Source: an uncultured Acidobacteriota bacterium (GTDB lineage: Bacteria; Acidobacteriota; UBA6911). From it: DNA of 64,000 nucleotides. Location: positions 106,341-170,340 of the forward strand of contig CAWJKZ010000011.1 of assembly GCA_963843575.1 (NCBI GenBank). Reading direction: 5' to 3'. Shown piece by piece: positions 59,535-64,000 of this stretch (positions are counted from its first letter, which is position 1; every line of letters begins with the position of its first letter). A model generated the notes under the pieces. That model saw only the letters and a list, made by a program, of their open reading frames with translations, ran no database searches and was not told the origin of the DNA. A program made the translations under genes and the position numbers.

Positions 59535-60308
59535 CTACTCGTCCCAGTCGCGGGGCTGGCCATAGTGGCCGTATAGTTGTGTCTCGTAGGTGCGCTCGAC
59601 AGGTCGGGCTGGATCGTACTCTGGACAGTTCTTGATCTGCGCGCGCGTGACGGTCACGTGCAATTCCGAATGGTCCCAGTCCACCCGCTTGATCCAGGCG
59701 GTCGCCACCAACACCTTCTTGCCTAGCCACCAGTTGCTTGTGTCCGCGATCATGTAGCGGATCGCCCAGGAGTAATCGTCCACAAGAAAGTCCGCCACAT
59801 GGCCGACGTCGCCGTCCTTCGCCTGGATGTGGTAGCCGGTCACTGCGCGCGAACTCCGGAGGTGCGGGTCGCCGCGCTCCTTGGTCTCCCAGTTCCAACG
59901 CCGCTCGTGCTCGAGGTCCGCGGCACTCGGGGCCGGCCCGGACCCAGAATAGGGATAGGAATACGCGCCCCAGAGATAGGACCCCTCCCAGTACGGGTTG
60001 TAGCCATAGTAGCCATAGTAAACGGCCTCGTGCTGCCGCGAGACCGGCTTATCCGTGTCGATATCTGGACTCTTCTCCACCTGGGCCTTCGTCAGCGCGG
60101 CCGTGATGCGCTTGTGCTCCCAGTCCATTGCTCGGAAGGCGATTGGCGAGAGGAGCACCTTACGTTCTGAAAGCCATCCCAACGTGTCGACCACGACGTA
60201 GCGCACCGTGTGGCTCACGTCGTCGAAATAGGCCTCTTTGACCGTGCCGATGTCCCCGTCGGTGGCCCCGATCGTGAACCCGTAGAGATCGTTCATGCTC
60301 CTAAGCAT
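59535..60308 (-). CDS. PRC-barrel domain protein (tandem PRC barrels)
   Basis: RBS AAGGAGG; MLRSMNDLYGFTIGATDGDIGTVKEAYFDDVSHTVRYVVVDT and HIQAKDGDVGHVADFLVDDYSWAIRYMIADT PRC-barrel motifs, with a Tyr/Gly-rich linker. Confidence 0.7.
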   Translation of the reverse strand: MLRSMNDLYGFTIGATDGDIGTVKEAYFDDVSHTVRYVVVDTLGWLSERKVLLSPIAFRAMDWEHKRITAALTKAQVEKSPDIDTDKPVSRQHEAVYYGYYGYNPYWEGSYLWGAYSYPYSGSGPAPSAADLEHERRWNWETKERGDPHLRSSRAVTGYHIQAKDGDVGHVADFLVDDYSWAIRYMIADTSNWWLGKKVLVATAWIKRVDWDHSELHVTVTRAQIKNCPEYDPARPVERTYETQLYGHYGQPRDWDE

Positions 60309-61054
60309 CGCATCCTCCTTTGTGGATTGTTGCTGTCCCCACCGTAACTCTGGCCTCTGACGCCCGCCCGGCCGGACGGACCGGGTCGGACCGAGTGCAA
60401 AAGAGCATGCCTGTTGAGGCCTGTGAGGCTTGGAGTAGACCAACGCCGATCATACAGGGCGGACTATCCGGCTGGTGGTCACCAATCCCACTTTAACCAT
60501 ACCTTTGTGGGACTCACTTTTCAGCGCACTATTGCTCACACGTTTGGTCGCGATTGCTCATCCCATTCACAATGACGGCCCCCGTCCTTTGCCCCAACTT
60601 GACCGGCTTTTCATGTCACCTCCGGCACGACCCGACCGGTAAGGGTCGCTCCGACTCACCGGAAACCGCAAGCTCGAGCCTTCCTGCGCTACTGCTGCGC
60701 TAACTGCCAACCCCAATAGGGCAGCCGATCCCGGCTGTTGTCCCTCGCCCATATCCCGGTGTCGGCGTCAGGGTTTCGCCGCGACTTTGGGGGTGGAGGC
60801 TTGATCCCCTCGAGCCGCAGGTAGCCTGCAGCGGCGCGAACGCGCACGGCTTCGGTCTTGTCATCAAACACTGGGACCAGATCGGCTGCCAGAGCAGGAT
60901 CGTTGCGCAGTGCGATGGTAACTCGGGTCCAGTCTGGGGGCACGGGTGCTCCTTCCAACTTCGTTCCAGCCATTGTAGTCGGGTCGGATTCTGGCTGATA
61001 GCGGAATGCACCCTCCGGAATTCAGTTCGATCTTGGTTGCAGTTTGTTGTGCTT

Positions 61055-61102
61055 GGATTCTCGCGGGCACAGCTCGGGACAGAACTGGGGTATTTTGAGG
61101 CA
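61055..61102 (+). repeat. Conserved ~48-bp intergenic motif, copy 1
   Basis: GGATTCTCGCGGGCACAGCTCGGGACAGAACTGGGGTATTTTGAGGCAT matches 63495-63543 with ~6 substitutions. Confidence 0.6.
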
Positions 61103-61575
61103 TTTGGAGTGGGGTTCTGGTAGCTGTTTATGCCCGAAGAACCTTGACGGACGGCAATACCGGCGGCTGCCCGATTCAGCGCCGCGATTGGCGAGCGCGC
61201 CGCCGCCCAGATGATGGTGTTCAGTGACCGTTCGACTGCATGGGTATACCGTTGTGTGCCGCCAAAACCCGCTGCTGTCGACAGGGAAAGTGTGCAAAAA
61301 TTCCATTCCCGGGTACATCGATCTGGCGCATAATCCCGTTCGTGACTGGTCTTAAGCTCGGCTCAGCGGCGGCAGACGGGGCGGAATTGACGTAATACCC
61401 CAGATCGGAAGCAGGATCCATACCGGAACCTCCGACAATGCAGCTTGTTTTTCCTGTCGGGGGGCTCCTCCGTTCCGATGTAGGTGAGCGGAGTGGCCTT
61501 CGGGGTGGCAGGCGGGGTGGCGCTCGTGCTATGGCGAGAGGGGCGCCGGTAAGCGGCTATTCAAGGAGGGGCACC

Positions 61576-61752
61576 AATGTCATTCGGCATTTACATTGTG
61601 GGGTACATCATACTGATCGTCGGCCTGGCCATGGGTGCGCACTTGCTCCACATACCACAAAGGTGGATCGTGGTGGGCGTTATTTGCCTGGTCGGCCTGG
61701 CCATCCTCCATGGCGTGACGGCAACCCGACAAAAGGATCCGCCATCCAAGTG
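61576..61752 (+). CDS. Small membrane protein (58 aa, two TM)
   Basis: RBS AAGGAGGGG; MSFGIYIVGYIILIVGLAMGAHLLHIPQRWIVVGVICLVGLAILHGVTATRQKDPPSK. Confidence 0.55.
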
Positions 61753-62000
61753 ACAAGGAGGCGCGAATATCGGTAGATCGATAGGGATTTCTATCTCGGG
61801 ATGGTTGGAGAGGCAGGTCGAAGCCCGTGTCACCAACTCCATGACAAAGAGCAGGTAAACGGTGGCCAACCCGCAGACCATTCGCGCCCTTCTATGGCGG
61901 CCTATCAAAACTGGATGGCGGAGGCACCCGGCATCGGGAACGAAACCGTACGCGGTAGGAGCGGTGAGGTCGACGCGACGGGTGCTGGGTGCTGCGACAT

Positions 62001-62207
62001 CTACTTCTTGGCCTTCTTCTTCGCTGTACGCTTCTTGTCTTTCTTCGAGAGCCCGGCTTCAGAGAGCGCGATAGCAATGGCCTGTTTCCGATCCGTTACC
62101 TTCGGCCCCTTCTTGGAACCAGAACGCAATGTGCCCTCCTTGAACTTGTGCAACTCGTCCTTGACGCGTTTCTGCTTTGCTTTCTTAGGTGTACTCGGTT
62201 TCGGCAT
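62001..62207 (-). CDS. Small basic Lys-rich protein (68 aa, stress-protein-like)
   Basis: MPKPSTPKKAKQKRVKDELHKFKEGTLRSGSKKGPKVTDRKQAIAIALSEAGLSKKDKKRTAKKKAKK; codon usage is consistent with coding. Confidence 0.55.
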   Translation of the reverse strand: MPKPSTPKKAKQKRVKDELHKFKEGTLRSGSKKGPKVTDRKQAIAIALSEAGLSKKDKKRTAKKKAKK

Positions 62208-62425
62208 AACTCCCTCATAGGGTCGTCAGACAATGGGTAAAAGACGTTAGGCAGCTGCGGATTGGCCGGGTTGAGGTCGACACATTTCACCTATGCAACG
62301 ACGTACAGTTGCGTACCGAGCGCCGAAATCAGCGCATCAGATTCGCGGTCGAACTTGAGGACCTCTCCAGAACTGAGCGCACCGTGCTCCGCCAGATCAC
62401 GGTCAGCAAAGGGAAATCTGATGGC

Positions 62426-63096
62426 GCGTGCGGCTCTTTCGGCTGAGTTGTTGGAGATTCGTCGTTTTTCTTTTATGCCAGAACAGAATTGATCGAACAG
62501 TGTGTCCCCGGCGCGAAAGCGGTCGGCCTGGCGCTGCTGTATTCGGACCTCCGTATCGGCCCGAGTCAGGCTACGGCACAAATTCCGATTCTCGCTCCGG
62601 CGGGAATGCCAGCTACCGGCCCTTGTTCTCATGCGTGTGCACGGCCCTTTCGGGGTGGTCGGCGGCATCCTCGAGACCGTCCACGACCCCGGCCTCGTAT
62701 GCCTGGTCCGTCTCGGCGAGTTCTCCAACGCTCTCCTCGTCAGCGTCCGCAATTTGCGAAAGCCCCTGGGCATCACCCGATTGCCCCGCGCTGTCAGAAC
62801 TTGCTTCCTCCGGGTCCCTTCCAAGCTCATCGATCTGAGCCTCGTCATTCCGCAGTTTACGTGTCACCATGGACACCTCCCCAGAGCGCCAGAATCGAGT
62901 GCCGAATAGTGGCTGCTCATTGGATGAATTTCGCCAACACTTGCATGGGGCTTCTTGGTCGCGGCGATGCTCTTCAATTTCGCGCGGTCCGTCACCATCG
63001 CCCGACGGAACCGGGTATCACGCTGTACGTCGACGAGATCGGCCCTTCAGTGCTCTGGCACTTCGCGCCAGGCTCTTCGCGTCCCTGCTTGCGGAG
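62426..63096. repeat. 671-bp direct repeat, copy 2
   Basis: See copy 1 (57106-57776); offset 5320 bp. Confidence 0.9.
62613..62876 (-). CDS. Small acidic protein, second identical copy
   Basis: Identical 87-aa product to 57294-57557. Confidence 0.4.
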   Translation of the reverse strand: MSMVTRKLRNDEAQIDELGRDPEEASSDSAGQSGDAQGLSQIADADEESVGELAETDQAYEAGVVDGLEDAADHPERAVHTHENKGR

Positions 63097-63494
63097 TGCT
63101 GCTTTGTTTTCGACACCAGCTTCTGAGACTGCTGAACGGTTTCCGCTTCCTTCGCATTCACGCGTGCAGTGATCTCTCGTCTTTCACCTGTGTTTGGCAT
63201 ATCTTTTATGGTCTCTCATTTCTGCTATGCAAGACGTTCAGTTTTTGCACAGATCCGCTACCCTCTCCAGGAACAGTACATCTGATGATGGCATATGACG
63301 CATTGCACGGTCTGTTCACAATTGCTCACGGTCTCCTTTCGCCTATTCCGTCAATCCACGATATATCGTGCTTTCGCCCGGCATGAGTCGTTCGCAGAGG
63401 TGGCACATTTCTGCTGGTGAGAACGACCCTATCCGAGAACAGTGTTCGATTCGGCCTGATCCTTGGCCTGAGTTGGTTGTGCTGGGATACGATC

Positions 63495-63543
63495 AGATTC
63501 TCGCGGGCACAGTTTGGGACACAGCTGGGGTGTTTTGAGGCGT
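63495..63543 (+). repeat. Conserved ~48-bp intergenic motif, copy 2
   Basis: AGATTCTCGCGGGCACAGTTTGGGACACAGCTGGGGTGTTTTGAGGCGT. Both copies are followed ~80-520 bp later by GAGGG(G)CACCAATG (RBS plus ATG). Confidence 0.6.
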
Positions 63544-64000
63544 TATCGAGATTGCTTTAAAGGGGATTTGCTGCCCGTGAGTCCTTGACGGATGGGCGCG
63601 TGGTGCGCGAGGGCACCAATGGCGCTACCGACAAGCGGCCTGACCCGCCGGTTCAGAAGGGACGTCGGGCCCTGTGCCTCGTCGCGGCATGAGGTGTGCG
63701 CGGGTGACCACCTGCGTCCTCGCGATCAGGCGAAGAACCGGGCATCGGGCCCCGCTTCCGCATATGCTCAGGTTTCCACTCCCTTGATTTCGGCCGAGAT
63801 TCCTATCGTTTCCCGGCTCCAACCGACCATGTTTGGCCTCGTTGCCTGTCGGTCGACTATCTTCACCTAACGATCGATTCCTGAGATCTTAACGCGCGGC
63901 CGAGCGCCCCATCTGCGCGTACAACTCGCCGGCGTACTGCTTTACCATCCGTCGAGCGGAGAATTGAGGCGCCACTGTCCGTATCGCCTGCTTCACGATC

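Noticed and set aside
60689-60973. 94-aa minus-strand ORF MAGTKLEGAPVPPDW...
   Set aside because: No RBS and no recognisable features; could be real but evidence is insufficient to call.
1-64000. Search for tRNA, rRNA, tmRNA, RNase P and CRISPR arrays
   Set aside because: No cloverleaf-compatible segments with GTTCRANYC T-loop motifs, no rRNA-like conserved blocks, no direct-repeat/spacer arrays found by eye.

Overview
This is a 64-kb, high-GC (~63-66%) chromosomal segment that is almost certainly acidobacterial: it carries two tandem VWFA-related Acidobacterial-domain proteins, many TAT/Sec-exported glycan-active enzymes and PQQ/YVTN/Kelch beta-propellers. I call about 45 protein genes and find no rRNA, tRNA or CRISPR.

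Coding content:
- Transport: ABC export pair (FtsX-type permease plus ATPase) and one MFS transporter.
- Glycan degradation: an exported cluster of GH5/42-like hydrolase, GH43/130-like propeller and AGE epimerase, plus a second AGE epimerase elsewhere.
- Sugar/oxidoreductase island: ROK kinase, GlcG/HbpS, two Gfo/Idh/MocA, RPE-like, YVTN, URO-D-like, sulfite-oxidase-like molybdoenzyme, TIM-barrel isomerase.
- Secondary metabolism: two NRPS-like proteins (A-T-TE and A-T), a sulfotransferase next to a fused Sat/CysC PAPS synthase.
- Stress-protein region: BON lipoprotein, PRC-barrel protein, ACT protein, small membrane and Lys-rich proteins.

Unusual features:
- Many genes are broken by frameshifts or survive only as remnants: a 1255-aa PQQ-propeller/SAM-MTase/malectin gene, an MBL-fold hydrolase region, a Gfo/Idh/MocA gene, the MFS gene, and radical-SAM, PP2C, Crp/Fnr and Csp fragments.
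- Four distinct repeat systems:
  - a GATC-containing ATCCGCG REP-like palindrome family with at least 9 loci, including an inverted ~110-bp pair 32 kb apart and a 280-bp MITE-like palindrome;
  - an apparently undescribed ~108-bp element (GGGGACGGACC head plus conserved-loop hairpin tail) in five copies, with an AT-rich nest at 26.27-26.69 kb;
  - a tandem 140-bp terminator-bearing unit;
  - two 671-bp near-identical direct repeats, each encoding an 87-aa acidic protein, flanking a 4.6-kb stress-gene cassette.
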